Below, one piece after another: positions 1 through 9,711 of a stretch of 64,000 bases of DNA. The notes under the pieces are model-generated. The model was not told the DNA's origin. It worked only from the letters and a program-made list of their open reading frames with translations, and did not search any database. The stretch covers positions 11,228 through 75,227 of the forward strand of contig JAKQHR010000092.1 of assembly GCA_029557905.1 (NCBI GenBank). Direction: 5' to 3'. Numbering within the stretch: position 1 is the stretch's first letter; each line of letters begins with the position of its first letter. Origin of the DNA: Verrucomicrobiota bacterium (GTDB taxonomy: Bacteria > Verrucomicrobiota > Kiritimatiellia > JAKQHR01). Made by a program: the position numbers and the translations under genes.

Positions 1-65
1 CCGCCGTCCTGAGCCGCGTGTTACGCATTTTACAAACGGTCCCGAATCTGGTTTTCTATTCCTCC

Positions 66-2264
66 ATGAGGTTTCGCCGTGCCATCCTGATCCTGCCGGT
101 CGCCGTTCTGGGCGTCCTGATGGTTTCGTCGCGCGCAGAGCCGGAAGGGGCCCGTCCGAAAGTCGGCCTGGTGCTGAGCGGCGGCGGCGCCAAGGGGTTC
201 GCGCACATCGGTGTGCTGAAACAGCTTGAGGAGATGCATATTCCGATCGACTGCATTGCCGGAACCAGCATGGGCGCCATCATGGGCGGCCTGTATGCCT
301 CCGGCATGTCTCCGCGCGAAATGGAGCAGATTTTTACGGGCCTTGACTGGTGGGACATCCTGAAGGACCAGACACAGCGCAAGGATCTCGCGTTCCGCCG
401 GAAGAAGGACGACCAGCGCTATCTCGGGAATATCGAACTGGGCTTCAAGCACGGGAGGTTTCGTCTTCCGCGCGCGATGGCCGCCGGGCAGAAGCTGAAC
501 AATCTGCTGGTCACGCTGACGCGGGATGCGCGCAGGAATTTTGATGACCTGAACATTCCGTTCCGCGCGGTGGCCACGGATCTTTCCAGCGGCGACCGGA
601 TTGTGATGGGAGATGGAAGCCTTGCCCGCGCGATGCGGGCCAGCATGGCCATTCCGGGCGTGTTTTCGCCGGTCGAGATTGACGGCATGACCCTTGTGGA
701 CGGAGGCATTGCCGACAATATTCCCGTTGATCTCGCGCGTGAAATGGGCGCCGACATCATCATTGCGGTGGATCTGGGCGCCATGGACATCGCCTCCACC
801 CGCCGGTCGCAGGGCGACATTGCAGAGCTGCTCGCGCACACCTATCAGCTCATTCGCCGGCCGCAGCAGGAGGAGCAGATGCGCGACGCCGATATCGCGG
901 TGACGCCGGACACCTCCATGTTTTCCTCTTCCGATTTTCACAAGGCCCGCACGATCATCGGGACAGGCCGCCGCGCCGCGCGCGCGGTCGAGGAGCAGCT
1001 CCGGCCGCTGAGCATCAGCGAGGAGGAGTACGCGGAGTGGCTGCGCCGTCATCGCCGGGCGGCAGACGATACGCCCGTGATCCGCTCCATTGCCATCACC
1101 GGAGAAAAGCATGTGGACGAGCGGATCATTGCCCGCCAGATCAAGACGCGCCTGAACCGCCCCCTGGATTATGAACTGCTTGAAGACGACCTTTCCCGCA
1201 TTCACGGGCTCGGATATTTCGAATCGGCCATGTACGGGATTTCGGGCGAAGGCGGGCAGAGAGACATGACCATCGAAGTGTCGGAGAAGCCGTGGGGGCC
1301 CGGGTATGTCCGTTTCGGCCTGAAACTGGATGCGGACTCCGAGGAAAACAGCTCCTGGTCGGTGCTGGCGAATTACACGCGCCGGCCGCTGAACCGTCTG
1401 GGCGGCGAATTCCTGCTGGACCTGCAGGCGGGCGAGAAGCGCCGCATCATGGCGGAGCTTTACCAGCCGCTCGATTTCCGCGGAGCCTTTTTTCTTTCTC
1501 CGTCGGCGGAGTATTCCTCCTCGATGATGGATGTCTATGACGGGGATAGGAAGGCGGCGGAATATGACGTGGAGGAATTCTACGGCGCGCTGAATGCCGG
1601 CGTTCAGATCGGGAAATACGGTCAGATCCAGCTCGGCATGGTGGCCGGCCGCGCCCGCGCCACGGTGGATGTGGGCGACCCCGATTTGGAAAACATTGAT
1701 CAGGATGCCGGCGGCTGGACGGGACACATCGTGCTGGACCGCCGCGACAGCGATGTCTTTGCGCGAGAGGGCTTCCTGGTTGTGCTGCAGGGTTTTTCGG
1801 GCGACGAGATGCTGGGCCATGAGGATTCGTACGAGAAGGTGAGCTGGCTTTCGCAGCACTACATGACGCTCGGCCGGCACACGATGTTTGCGCATCTCGA
1901 ACTGGGCACCAGTCTGGAAAGCGAGCTGCCGCTGTATGACGAGTTTGCGCTCGGCGGCCTGTATTCGATGTCCGGCTATGCGGACGGCCAGCTGCGGGGA
2001 CAGTATCTGGGCGTCGGGCGGCTGGGATACATGTTCCGCATCAGCCAGCTTCCGCCAGACTTGGGACGGGGCGTTTATATCGGCGCCTGGGGCGAGGCCG
2101 GCAATGTCTGGCAGGACGAAGGCGACATTGACAGCGACAGCCTGCTGTACGGGGCGACGGTCGGCCTGGGCGCGGACACGTTTCTGGGACCCCTCTACTT
2201 TGCCTATGGCCGGTCTGAACACGGCCGCGACCGGTTTTACTTTTCACTGGGAAACAACTTTTGA
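66..2264 (+). CDS. Patatin-like phospholipase fused to a POTRA/Omp85-like C-terminal beta-barrel (PlpD-type, type Vd secretion architecture)
   Basis: Signal peptide MRFRRAILILPVAVLGVLMVSSRA; patatin motifs GGGAKG, GTSMG, DGG; C-terminal ~300 aa BamA-like surface-antigen domain ending with an aromatic-rich beta-strand tail (YFAYGRSEHGRDRFYFSLGNNF). Start taken at the internal ATG at 66 rather than the ORF-track start at 18. Confidence 0.75.
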   Translation: MRFRRAILILPVAVLGVLMVSSRAEPEGARPKVGLVLSGGGAKGFAHIGVLKQLEEMHIPIDCIAGTSMGAIMGGLYASGMSPREMEQIFTGLDWWDILKDQTQRKDLAFRRKKDDQRYLGNIELGFKHGRFRLPRAMAAGQKLNNLLVTLTRDARRNFDDLNIPFRAVATDLSSGDRIVMGDGSLARAMRASMAIPGVFSPVEIDGMTLVDGGIADNIPVDLAREMGADIIIAVDLGAMDIASTRRSQGDIAELLAHTYQLIRRPQQEEQMRDADIAVTPDTSMFSSSDFHKARTIIGTGRRAARAVEEQLRPLSISEEEYAEWLRRHRRAADDTPVIRSIAITGEKHVDERIIARQIKTRLNRPLDYELLEDDLSRIHGLGYFESAMYGISGEGGQRDMTIEVSEKPWGPGYVRFGLKLDADSEENSSWSVLANYTRRPLNRLGGEFLLDLQAGEKRRIMAELYQPLDFRGAFFLSPSAEYSSSMMDVYDGDRKAAEYDVEEFYGALNAGVQIGKYGQIQLGMVAGRARATVDVGDPDLENIDQDAGGWTGHIVLDRRDSDVFAREGFLVVLQGFSGDEMLGHEDSYEKVSWLSQHYMTLGRHTMFAHLELGTSLESELPLYDEFALGGLYSMSGYADGQLRGQYLGVGRLGYMFRISQLPPDLGRGVYIGAWGEAGNVWQDEGDIDSDSLLYGATVGLGADTFLGPLYFAYGRSEHGRDRFYFSLGNNF

Positions 2265-2323
2265 CCGGGCTTGAGTTTCCCCGTCTGCCGGTTTAGCATG
2301 TGCCCCTGTTATTCGGAGTAAAT

Positions 2324-2905
2324 ATGAAAGCATGGACACTTGCAGGATTAATGGCGCTGGTTCTGGCGGTCGGAGCGATCGCGCAGGAGCAGCCGGACAA
2401 CCCCGAACCGGAGGAGAACATCATGGTCGTGATCAAGACAAGCAAGGGCGACATCAAGGTCGAGCTGAACGAGAAGAAGGCGCCTGGGACGGTGAAGAAT
2501 TTCCTGGCCTATGTGGATGCCGGTCACTATGACGGGACCATCTTCCACCGCGTGATTGACGGCTTCATGATTCAGGGCGGGGGGTTCACAAAGGACATGC
2601 GCCAGAAACCGACGCGCGCGCCCATTGAAAACGAGGCCGCCAACGGGCTCGGCAACGAGCGCGGCACCATCGCCATGGCCCGCACATCCGATATCCACAG
2701 CGCAACCAGCCAGTTTTTCATCAATGTCGTGAACAACGCATTCCTGAATCACCGCGACAAATCCGCGCAGGGGTACGGCTACTGCGTATTCGGCCGGGTT
2801 GCCGAGGGCATGGATGTGGTGGATGCGATCAAGTCCGTCAGGACGGCCGCGCAGGACGTACCCGTGGAAACGGTTGAGATCATCAGCATCACGCGGGCCG
2901 AATAG
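2324..2905 (+). CDS. Peptidyl-prolyl cis-trans isomerase, cyclophilin type, secreted
   Basis: Signal peptide [21 protein letters not shown]; cyclophilin core [14 protein letters not shown]...GTIAMAR...QFFIN. Confidence 0.85.
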   Translation: MKAWTLAGLMALVLAVGAIAQEQPDNPEPEENIMVVIKTSKGDIKVELNEKKAPGTVKNFLAYVDAGHYDGTIFHRVIDGFMIQGGGFTKDMRQKPTRAPIENEAANGLGNERGTIAMARTSDIHSATSQFFINVVNNAFLNHRDKSAQGYGYCVFGRVAEGMDVVDAIKSVRTAAQDVPVETVEIISITRAE

Positions 2906-2917
2906 CGGCTTGCCTGA

Positions 2918-3796
2918 TTATTTCACGGTGCTGCGGGTGGTCGCGGCCAGCGCCTTCCAGAGTTTCTCGGGCGTGTCGGCATCCAGCAGCTTGTCGCGGT
3001 TTTCCTTTTTCTGGAAGCTTTCCGTGAGGCCGGCCAGCAGCTTCAGGTAAAAAGCGCTCGCGCCGGTTGGGATCAGCAGGAAAAAGATGATGCGGGTCAG
3101 GTTTTTCCCTCCCTGCTCGCACCGGATGCCTTTTTTGGAAGTCGCGAGGGCAAGGGTCAGTCCGCCGCCCTCGATGCCGCGGACGTGCGGGAAGGCGATG
3201 CCGTGCTCGACCGCCGTGCTGATGATGGACTCGCGGGCGATAGCGGCGTCGCGGAGTTTGCGGCCGTTGTCCACAAACTGTTCGGCCTCCAGCTTCATGC
3301 TCATTTCCTCGATCGCTTCATCCCGGGTGGCGGCCTCGATATGGGGCATCATCAGATTCAGCGCGGAGAACCGCGCGATGCCTATTTTGGGCGCCTCAAA
3401 GCGCTGGGTTCTCCGGGAGATGCGCTGGGGAAGGGTCTCGGGCGGCATGTACAGGATGCGCGCGCAGGTCGGGCAGGTGGACACCTGCGTTCCGGCGGCC
3501 ACCAGCTGGATCAGGCTGCTGGGCAGCTGCATGGCGCAGGCGGAACAGCGTCCTCCGGCGATCGGAACAATGGCCACGTGGCCTTTCTGCTGCAGCTTGG
3601 TGAATTTGCTGCTCAGGTCGGGCGGGAGTTTTTTGCGGAGCGCCTCAATGGACGCGTCGAGTTCAGTGAGCTGAGGATTGGAGACAACCGCCTCCTGCTG
3701 GGCGCGGGCCTCCGCCAGTTCCTGGAGTTGAACCAGAAGATTAATAACGGGTTTCATTTTACCTTTCTGCCGTGAATGCGATTTGCTGATCGTCAT
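2918..3796 (-). CDS. Fusion protein: N-terminal C4 zinc-ribbon coiled-coil domain (PF02591-like) + C-terminal PTS EIIA type-2 (PtsN/EIIA-Ntr-like) domain
   Basis: N-terminal coiled coil then GGRCSACAMQLP...CPTCARILY (two CxxC pairs). C-terminal part has the EIIA-2 signature around the phosphorylatable His (HGIAFPHVRG) and matches the adjacent PtsN paralog. True start may be the internal MKPV (3757). Confidence 0.6.
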   Translation of the reverse strand: MTISKSHSRQKGKMKPVINLLVQLQELAEARAQQEAVVSNPQLTELDASIEALRKKLPPDLSSKFTKLQQKGHVAIVPIAGGRCSACAMQLPSSLIQLVAAGTQVSTCPTCARILYMPPETLPQRISRRTQRFEAPKIGIARFSALNLMMPHIEAATRDEAIEEMSMKLEAEQFVDNGRKLRDAAIARESIISTAVEHGIAFPHVRGIEGGGLTLALATSKKGIRCEQGGKNLTRIIFFLLIPTGASAFYLKLLAGLTESFQKKENRDKLLDADTPEKLWKALAATTRSTVK

Positions 3797-3969
3797 GCAA
3801 GCGGCTTCATACCGGGACTTTTTCTACCAGCCCCTGCCCCGGGATGCAATGGATATCGAAAAAAAAATGAAGGCGGGTTTCAGTTTCTGCGGCAAACCGC
3901 GAATGCGGTATTGACCGCTCCGCCCGTTTGGAACATGATGTACGGTCTTTTTGATTGAGAGGCCCATTT

Positions 3970-4416
3970 ATGGATGTGAAAAAAGCCATTTCCACCGATA
4001 CGGTTTTTCAGGATCTGAAAAGCACGACAAAGACCGGTGTGATTGAAGAAATTCTTGATCTGCTGATTGCCGCGGGCAAGATCCGGAAAGAAAACCGTGC
4101 CGAGGTGCTGAATGCCCTTCTTGTGCGCGAGAACAAGATGTCCACCGGCATGCAGCACGGCATCGCCATTCCTCATGCCAAGACCGATGCAGTCGAGGAT
4201 CTGGTGGCCGCTCTGGCCATCAAGAAAGAGGGTATTGATTTTGACGCCCTCGACGGGAAGCCCAGCCATATTTTCATCATGACCATATCGCCCGTGAAGC
4301 GCACCGGGCCCCATATTCAGTTCCTCGCCGAGATCAGCCGCAAGCTGAACCAGCCGTCGATCCGGGAAAAACTGCTCCTGACCCAGACGAAGGACGAAAT
4401 CCTTCAGCTTCTGTGA
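3970..4416 (+). CDS. ptsN: PTS EIIA type-2 domain protein (nitrogen-regulatory EIIA-Ntr, PtsN-like)
   Basis: ~150 aa; MQHGIAIPHAKTDAVED active-site His context typical of PtsN/FruB IIA domains. Divergent from the ZnR-EIIA fusion. Confidence 0.75.
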   Translation: MDVKKAISTDTVFQDLKSTTKTGVIEEILDLLIAAGKIRKENRAEVLNALLVRENKMSTGMQHGIAIPHAKTDAVEDLVAALAIKKEGIDFDALDGKPSHIFIMTISPVKRTGPHIQFLAEISRKLNQPSIREKLLLTQTKDEILQLL

Positions 4417-4490
4417 GGCGCATGGAAACGATCCTTGCCATTCCCGGTCTGCTTCTCGCCTCGGTGGCCGAGCATGCCGTTGAACGCGAC

Positions 4491-6086
4491 ATGACCCATC
4501 TCATGACGCAGTACATTCTGCAGCTCGCTGTCATCATGCTGGCCGCCCGCATGGGCGGTTTTCTGGTGAAGCGCTACCTGAACGGGCCAGCGGCCCTTGG
4601 GGAACTGGCCGCGGGCATGGCGATCGGGCCCTGTGCGCTCGGCGCATGGCACATTCCGGGATGGGGGGCGCTGTTTCCTCCCGTGGCGGGCATATTCCCG
4701 GTGTCCACGGAGCTTTATGCCCTGGCCACCCTGGCTTCGATTGTCCTCCTGTTTCTTTCCGGACTGGAAACGGACCTGCGTGTGTTTCTGCACTATTCGG
4801 TTGCGGGAATCGTGGTCGGAACGGGCGGGCTGCTGGCTTCGTTCTTCCTTGGCGCCTGGTGCGCGCTGCTGTTCAACGTGGCCGATTCCCTGATGGATCC
4901 GTCCGCGCTTTTCATGGGAGCAATGGCCACCGCCACCTCGGTGAGTCTTCCCGCGCGAATCCTTTCCGAGAAAAGAAAAATGGCTTCCCCCGAAGGGGTC
5001 ACCATACTGGCGGCCGCCGTGTTTGACGATGTGCTCGGCATCATTGCGCTGGCGATCATTGTCGGCATGAGCAAGACCATGGCCAGCGGCGCCGTCATGG
5101 ACTGGGGAAAGATTTCCGTCGTGGCGGTCAAGAGCATCGGCTTCTGGCTTATTCTCATGGCGGCGGGGCTCCTGCTGGCCAAGCATATTGCGCGCGTTTT
5201 GAAACTGCTGCGCTCCCCGAACACCATCGCGGCCATCTGCTTTGGCCTCGCTCTGCTGCTGGCCGGTATTTCGGAAATGGCCGGTCTGGCAATGATCATT
5301 GGCGCCTATATCATGGGTCTTTCGCTTTCCGGAACGGACCTGGTCTATGAACTGCAGGAGCAGCTTCAAGGCGTCTATGACTTCATCATTCCCGTCTTTT
5401 TCTGCGTCATGGGCATGCTGGTGAATTTCGCCGCGATGAAGGGGCTGATATTCTTCGGGCTGGTCTACACGGTGATGTGCATTATCTCAAAGGTGGCCGG
5501 CTGCGGAATTCCCGCGCTGTTCATGAAGTTCACCCCCCGGGGCGCCTTCCGCGTCGGCGCGGGCATGGTGCCCCGCGCCGAGGTCACCCTGATTGTCGCC
5601 GGTATCGGCCTTTCCGCCGGCTATATCGGGCCGAACCTTTTCGGCGTGGCCGTCATGATGGCCATGCTCACCACCGTTGCGGCGCCGCCCATGATCCTCA
5701 GCGCATTCCGCGGCGGCTCCGGCGTGCGCGGTGAAGAAACCGCGCAGGAGCAGGAGCTTTCCACCGCCGTGCTCACGTTTCCCTCCGCCGACATGGCCGA
5801 GTTCATCTGCGCCCGCATCACGAGGGCTTTCCGCAACGAGGAATTTTTTGTCCACATGCTCGACAGCGATGTGCCGACCTATCAGATCCGCAAAGAGGAC
5901 ATGGCTTTTTCGATTGTGCAGGATGATGTCCACATCACCATCAGCATGCCGCTTCAGTATGAGCATGTCGGCCGGCTTATCGTGCTGGAGGAGGTGCTGG
6001 CCCTGAAGGATCTTCTGGATTCGGCCAAAGACATGCAGAGTCCGGATCAGATGGGAACCGATCTGGTTTCAAATCTTTTCGTATAA
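4491..6086 (+). CDS. Monovalent cation:proton antiporter (CPA2/Kef-type Na+/H+ or K+/H+ exchanger) with ~150 aa soluble C-terminal domain
   Basis: N-terminus QYILQLAVIMLAARMGGFLVKRYLNGPAALGELAAGMAIGP typical of the Kef/NhaP/CPA2 family; ~12 TM segments. Start uncertain (4413-4503). Confidence 0.75.
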   Translation: MTHLMTQYILQLAVIMLAARMGGFLVKRYLNGPAALGELAAGMAIGPCALGAWHIPGWGALFPPVAGIFPVSTELYALATLASIVLLFLSGLETDLRVFLHYSVAGIVVGTGGLLASFFLGAWCALLFNVADSLMDPSALFMGAMATATSVSLPARILSEKRKMASPEGVTILAAAVFDDVLGIIALAIIVGMSKTMASGAVMDWGKISVVAVKSIGFWLILMAAGLLLAKHIARVLKLLRSPNTIAAICFGLALLLAGISEMAGLAMIIGAYIMGLSLSGTDLVYELQEQLQGVYDFIIPVFFCVMGMLVNFAAMKGLIFFGLVYTVMCIISKVAGCGIPALFMKFTPRGAFRVGAGMVPRAEVTLIVAGIGLSAGYIGPNLFGVAVMMAMLTTVAAPPMILSAFRGGSGVRGEETAQEQELSTAVLTFPSADMAEFICARITRAFRNEEFFVHMLDSDVPTYQIRKEDMAFSIVQDDVHITISMPLQYEHVGRLIVLEEVLALKDLLDSAKDMQSPDQMGTDLVSNLFV

Positions 6087-6119
6087 ATACCAGCGGCTGG
6101 CCGCGCGGAGGAAACAGCC

Positions 6120-6704
6120 ATGAGCAAAGGAAGAAAGCACATATCCATACCCGTGGACATGACCACCCCGGTCCCGGTCTGGTGTGTCGGAACCTATGAC
6201 GAGCAGGACCGTCCCAATGTGATGACCGCCAGCTGGGCGGGCATTGTCTGCAGCCGTCCGCCGTGCGTGGCCGTGGCGCTGCGTGATGCCACGCATTCCT
6301 GCCGCGGACTTCAGGCCCGGAAGGCCTTCACCGTCAGCGTCCCGTCTGAAACCCAGTATGTGCAGGCCGACTACTTCGGGATGGCGGGCGGGAAAACCAA
6401 GGACAAGTTTGCCGCCAGCCGAACCACCGCGGTCCGGTCCGACAAGGTGGATGCGCCCTATGTCGCCGAATTTCCGCTCATACTGGAATGCGAACTGAAG
6501 GAATCCGTGGTGCTGGGCCTTCACACGCTGTACGTTGGCGAGATCATGGGCGTGAAGGCGCATCCGGACATCCTGAACGGCGACACAGTGGATGCCTCGA
6601 AGCTGGCGCCCTTCTTTTTTTCGCCGTCCGAGCGGGCCTATTACAGAATAGGCGAACGCCTGTCGCCCGCCTTTGCGCCGGGCCGCGCGCTCATGGACCG
6701 GTGA
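6120..6704 (+). CDS. Flavin reductase-like (flavoredoxin) FMN-binding split-barrel protein
   Basis: VWCVGTYDEQDRPNVMTASWAGIVCSRPPCVAVALRDATHSCRGLQARKAFTVSVPS matches the flavin reductase-like domain. Confidence 0.7.
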   Translation: MSKGRKHISIPVDMTTPVPVWCVGTYDEQDRPNVMTASWAGIVCSRPPCVAVALRDATHSCRGLQARKAFTVSVPSETQYVQADYFGMAGGKTKDKFAASRTTAVRSDKVDAPYVAEFPLILECELKESVVLGLHTLYVGEIMGVKAHPDILNGDTVDASKLAPFFFSPSERAYYRIGERLSPAFAPGRALMDR

Positions 6705-6710
6705 GTCCGA

Positions 6711-6800
6711 AAAAGTTCCAATGACTGGAAAATCCCGCCGAAAAAGTTCCAATCATTGGAACTTTTTTCCCGAAAACTTCCAGTCATTGGAACTTTTCAG
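6711..6800. repeat. Array of three tandem AT-rich palindromic elements (AAAAGTTCCAATSATTGGAACTTTT) in a convergent intergenic spacer
   Basis: Copies at 6711-6731 (ttccaatgactggaa), 6741-6768 (gttccaatcattggaac) and 6773-6800 (ttccagtcattggaa, the reverse complement of copy 1). Each is an A-tract/hairpin/T-tract unit. The same motif triplet recurs at 39024-39113. Confidence 0.85.
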
Positions 6801-7978
6801 GCACTGCGCACGCGGGGCTTTGTGGTGATTTCAAGCGCGATCACGCACAGGTCGTCTTCCAGGGGCGTGCCGTCCGCGAAGAGCATGACCTCCTCCAGCA
6901 GGCCGTCCACCAGCTCCTTGACGTTTTTGTACATCAGCCGGCGGAGCACGGACTCCATGCGCTCGATGCCGAATTCCTCGCGCTGGCGGTTGAAGGCCTC
7001 GTAGACGCCGTCGGTGAAGAAGATGAACACATCATCCGGCACCAGCCGGCAGTGTCCGCCGGAGAACGCCTCGTCCGGAATGACGCCGAGCGCGGCGCCG
7101 CGCGGCGGCGGCACTTCAAGCCGCGAGATGCGGCCCACGCTCCGGTGCAGGTGGAAGGGACTGGGATGTCCGGCGGAAGAATAGGTGGCGATGCGGGAAG
7201 TGGTGTCGGCCACAAAATAGAAGGCCGAGGCAAACAGCGGATTGGGGATGCTTTTGAGCAGATCGCAGAACTGGCGGTTGATTTCAGAAAGGAAATGCGG
7301 GGCATGCCGCGCATAGGACAGCAGGTCCACCAGCAGGGTGCGCAGGATGGATGTGATCAGCGCGCTGCGCGTTCCATGGCCCATCACGTCGGCAATGAAC
7401 ACGCCGCCGGCATCGCGGCCGGCCTGGAGCAGATTGTAGAAGTCGCCGCCGAGCGCCGACGCCGGGCGGTAGCAGTGATGGAACTCCAGCCGCAGGCGTC
7501 CGGGAATGTGCACGTCGGGAATGGCGGGATAGGGCCGCTCCAGCATGGCCTCCTGAAAATCCTTGGCCAGTTCCAGGTCGCGCCGCATGTCGGAGGTGCG
7601 GGCGGCCACTTCGTCGGCATATTCCTTCTTGAAATCATCCAGCCAGGCATCCAGCTTATTCTGAACGGGCGAAGGCGGCAGGGGTGCGGCGCCCGGCGGG
7701 TCGGGTTCCGCCGCGCGGCCCAGCGCGTTGCGCATGATCCACTCGCCGGCGTCCAGCATTTCGCCGTAGGGGTTCAGCAGCCGGTGTTTCACGCGGGTGA
7801 ACACCGCCATGAAAATTCCCGCGGCAGCGGCCAGCGCCACGGCTCCGGCAAACAGGACCTGCCAAAGGTTCAGGGAGGCGATGCAGGCCGTTATGGCGGT
7901 TGCGCAAACGGCCAGCAGGAAAAGCAGTCCTCCCAGCAGAATGGCCATCCATTTGTGCAATCTTGTCTGCGGCTTCAT
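6797..7978 (-). CDS. PP2C-family (SpoIIE/RsbU-type) protein serine/threonine phosphatase with N-terminal double-TM anchor
   Basis: Two N-terminal TM helices, then GGDFYNLLQAGRDAGGVFIADVMGHGTRSALITSIL...ATYSSAGHPSPF, characteristic of the PP2C SpoIIE/RsbU catalytic domain. Confidence 0.8.
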   Translation of the reverse strand: MKPQTRLHKWMAILLGGLLFLLAVCATAITACIASLNLWQVLFAGAVALAAAAGIFMAVFTRVKHRLLNPYGEMLDAGEWIMRNALGRAAEPDPPGAAPLPPSPVQNKLDAWLDDFKKEYADEVAARTSDMRRDLELAKDFQEAMLERPYPAIPDVHIPGRLRLEFHHCYRPASALGGDFYNLLQAGRDAGGVFIADVMGHGTRSALITSILRTLLVDLLSYARHAPHFLSEINRQFCDLLKSIPNPLFASAFYFVADTTSRIATYSSAGHPSPFHLHRSVGRISRLEVPPPRGAALGVIPDEAFSGGHCRLVPDDVFIFFTDGVYEAFNRQREEFGIERMESVLRRLMYKNVKELVDGLLEEVMLFADGTPLEDDLCVIALEITTKPRVRSA

Positions 7979-8066
7979 CTTGGCGCGTCAGCAATCCGTC
8001 CCTGTTAACAATAGCACTGTAAACTATTGGTTTGTGGAATCAAAGGCAAGGCTTCTTTAAACCGAA

Positions 8067-9080
8067 TCAGAGAAGCTCTCCCTGCCCGGCAGGTTTCATC
8101 CCAAAAAGTTCACGGGCGCGGGCGGTGGCCACGCGGCCCTGCGGGGTCCGCTTGAGATAGCCCTCCTGAATGAGATACGGTTCGTACACCTCTTCGATGG
8201 TGTCCGATTCTTCGCCGACGGAAACCGCCAGCGACCGGATTCCGACCGGGCCGCCGGAGAATTTATTCAGGATGGTTCCGAGAATCCGCTTGTCCATGTC
8301 GTCCAGCCCGTGCGCATCCACGTCCAGCATCAGGAGGGCCTGGTCAGCCACTTCCGGCGTGATGCGGTTGTTGGCCCTGACCTGCGCGAAGTCGCGCACC
8401 CACCGCAGCAGGTTGTTGGCAATGCGCGGCGTGCCGCGCGCCCGGCGGGCGATTTCCATGGCTCCGTCCTCCCGGATGTCCGCGTTGAGAATTCGCGCCG
8501 AGCGCAGGATAATGGTCTGGAGGTCTTCGAAGCTGTAGTAGTCCAGCCGGTTGGTGAGCCCGAAACGGGAGCGGAGCGGGGCCGTGAGCAGCCCGCTGCG
8601 GGTGGTGGCCCCGATCAGCGTGAAGCGCGGAATGTTCAGCCGGACCGAACGGGCGTTCGGGCCCTGGTCAATCACGATATCAATGACATAGTCTTCCATG
8701 GCCGAATAGAGGTACTCCTCGACCGTCCGCTGGATGCGATGGATTTCATCAATGAAGAGAATGTCGCCGCGCTCAAGATTGGTGAGAAGCCCGGCCAGGT
8801 CGCCCGGCTTGTCAATCACCGGCCCGGACGTGCTTTTGATGTTCACGCCCATCGCATCGGCCAGGATGTAGGCCAGCGTCGTTTTGCCCAGCCCCGGCGG
8901 TCCGCAGAGCAGCACATGGTCCATGACATCGTTGCGGCCCTTTGCGGCCGCCACAAACAGCTCCAGCCGCTCGCGGATTTTCTGCTGGCCGATGAAATCA
9001 GAAAAGCGCTGCGGGCGCAGCGAAATGTCGAACTCCGTATCCGCCTGCTCGAGGGTTTGCGATATGAAATGTTCAGTCAT
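8067..9080 (-). CDS. ruvB: Holliday junction branch migration ATPase RuvB
   Basis: [22 protein letters not shown] Walker A, AAA+ core, C-terminal winged helix; full length 337 aa. Confidence 0.95.
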   Translation of the reverse strand: MTEHFISQTLEQADTEFDISLRPQRFSDFIGQQKIRERLELFVAAAKGRNDVMDHVLLCGPPGLGKTTLAYILADAMGVNIKSTSGPVIDKPGDLAGLLTNLERGDILFIDEIHRIQRTVEEYLYSAMEDYVIDIVIDQGPNARSVRLNIPRFTLIGATTRSGLLTAPLRSRFGLTNRLDYYSFEDLQTIILRSARILNADIREDGAMEIARRARGTPRIANNLLRWVRDFAQVRANNRITPEVADQALLMLDVDAHGLDDMDKRILGTILNKFSGGPVGIRSLAVSVGEESDTIEEVYEPYLIQEGYLKRTPQGRVATARARELFGMKPAGQGELL

Positions 9081-9123
9081 TGCGAAGCAGTATAGGAAAT
9101 GCGCCGCAGGGAGTAAAGCCGCA

Positions 9124-9711
9124 TCAGCCGGTCAGCGCCCGGCGCACAATCTCCTCGACGGTGGTCGCCTCTTCGGCCGGCACGCGGCCAACCATTTTGG
9201 CCGCGTCCATTTGTTTGTAGCCGAGCGCGATCAGCGCCATCATCGCGTCGCGCGCGTTCCGGCTGACGGGTTTTCCCGTTTCTCCGGCAAGCGCCTCGGC
9301 GGCTTCGCCCTCGCCGAATTTGTCGGAGAGTTCCACCACCAGCCGCTCGGCGGTCTTTTTCCCGACCCCCGAGATGGAGCTGAGCCGTTTCACGTCGCGC
9401 TCCAGCACCGCGCGCTTGAAGTCGCGCACGCTCAGGCTGCTGAGTGCGCTCAGGGCCAGCTTGGGCCCGACTCCGTTGACGGCCAGCAGCCGCACAAACA
9501 GTTCGCGTTCGGCCTCCGTCACGAAGCCGAAAAGTATGTGGGCGTCTTCGCGAACGTGATGATAGGTCAGGATTCTGCAGGTCTGGCCGGGCGCGGGCAG
9601 GGGGTCACAGCTGCTGAGGGGAATCAGCACCTCGTAGCCGACGCCGTGCACATCCAGCACAATGCGGGTGGGATTTTTAACGACCAGTTTTCCTTCCAGA
9701 AAGGCAATCAT
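9124..9711 (-). CDS. ruvA: Holliday junction DNA helicase RuvA
   Basis: [31 protein letters not shown] classic RuvA N-terminus; HhH motifs; 195 aa. Confidence 0.95.
   Translation of the reverse strand: MIAFLEGKLVVKNPTRIVLDVHGVGYEVLIPLSSCDPLPAPGQTCRILTYHHVREDAHILFGFVTEAERELFVRLLAVNGVGPKLALSALSSLSVRDFKRAVLERDVKRLSSISGVGKKTAERLVVELSDKFGEGEAAEALAGETGKPVSRNARDAMMALIALGYKQMDAAKMVGRVPAEEATTVEEIVRRALTG

Noticed and set aside
30-2222. 730-aa minus-strand ORF antisense to the patatin/Omp85 gene. Similar long antisense ORFs: 15748-16941(-), 17433-18713(-), 20130-21242(-), 22692-24041(-), 35546-36214(-), 36785-38791(-), 43027-44157(+), 45527-46285(+)
   Set aside because: High-GC genomes generate long stop-free antisense frames. 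These have Arg/Ala/Pro/Gly-dominated, motif-free translations. Each fully overlaps a gene with clear family signatures on the other strand.
6069-7004. ORFs 6069-6752(-), 6756-7004(+) and 39039-39344(+) beginning MELFRRDFPVIGTF / MELFSRKLPVIGTF / MEVFDSKVPIIGTF
   Set aside because: The shared peptide is simply the translation of the GTTCCAATSATTGGAAC palindromic repeat and would be a false protein family. The ORFs overlap real genes on the opposite strand.
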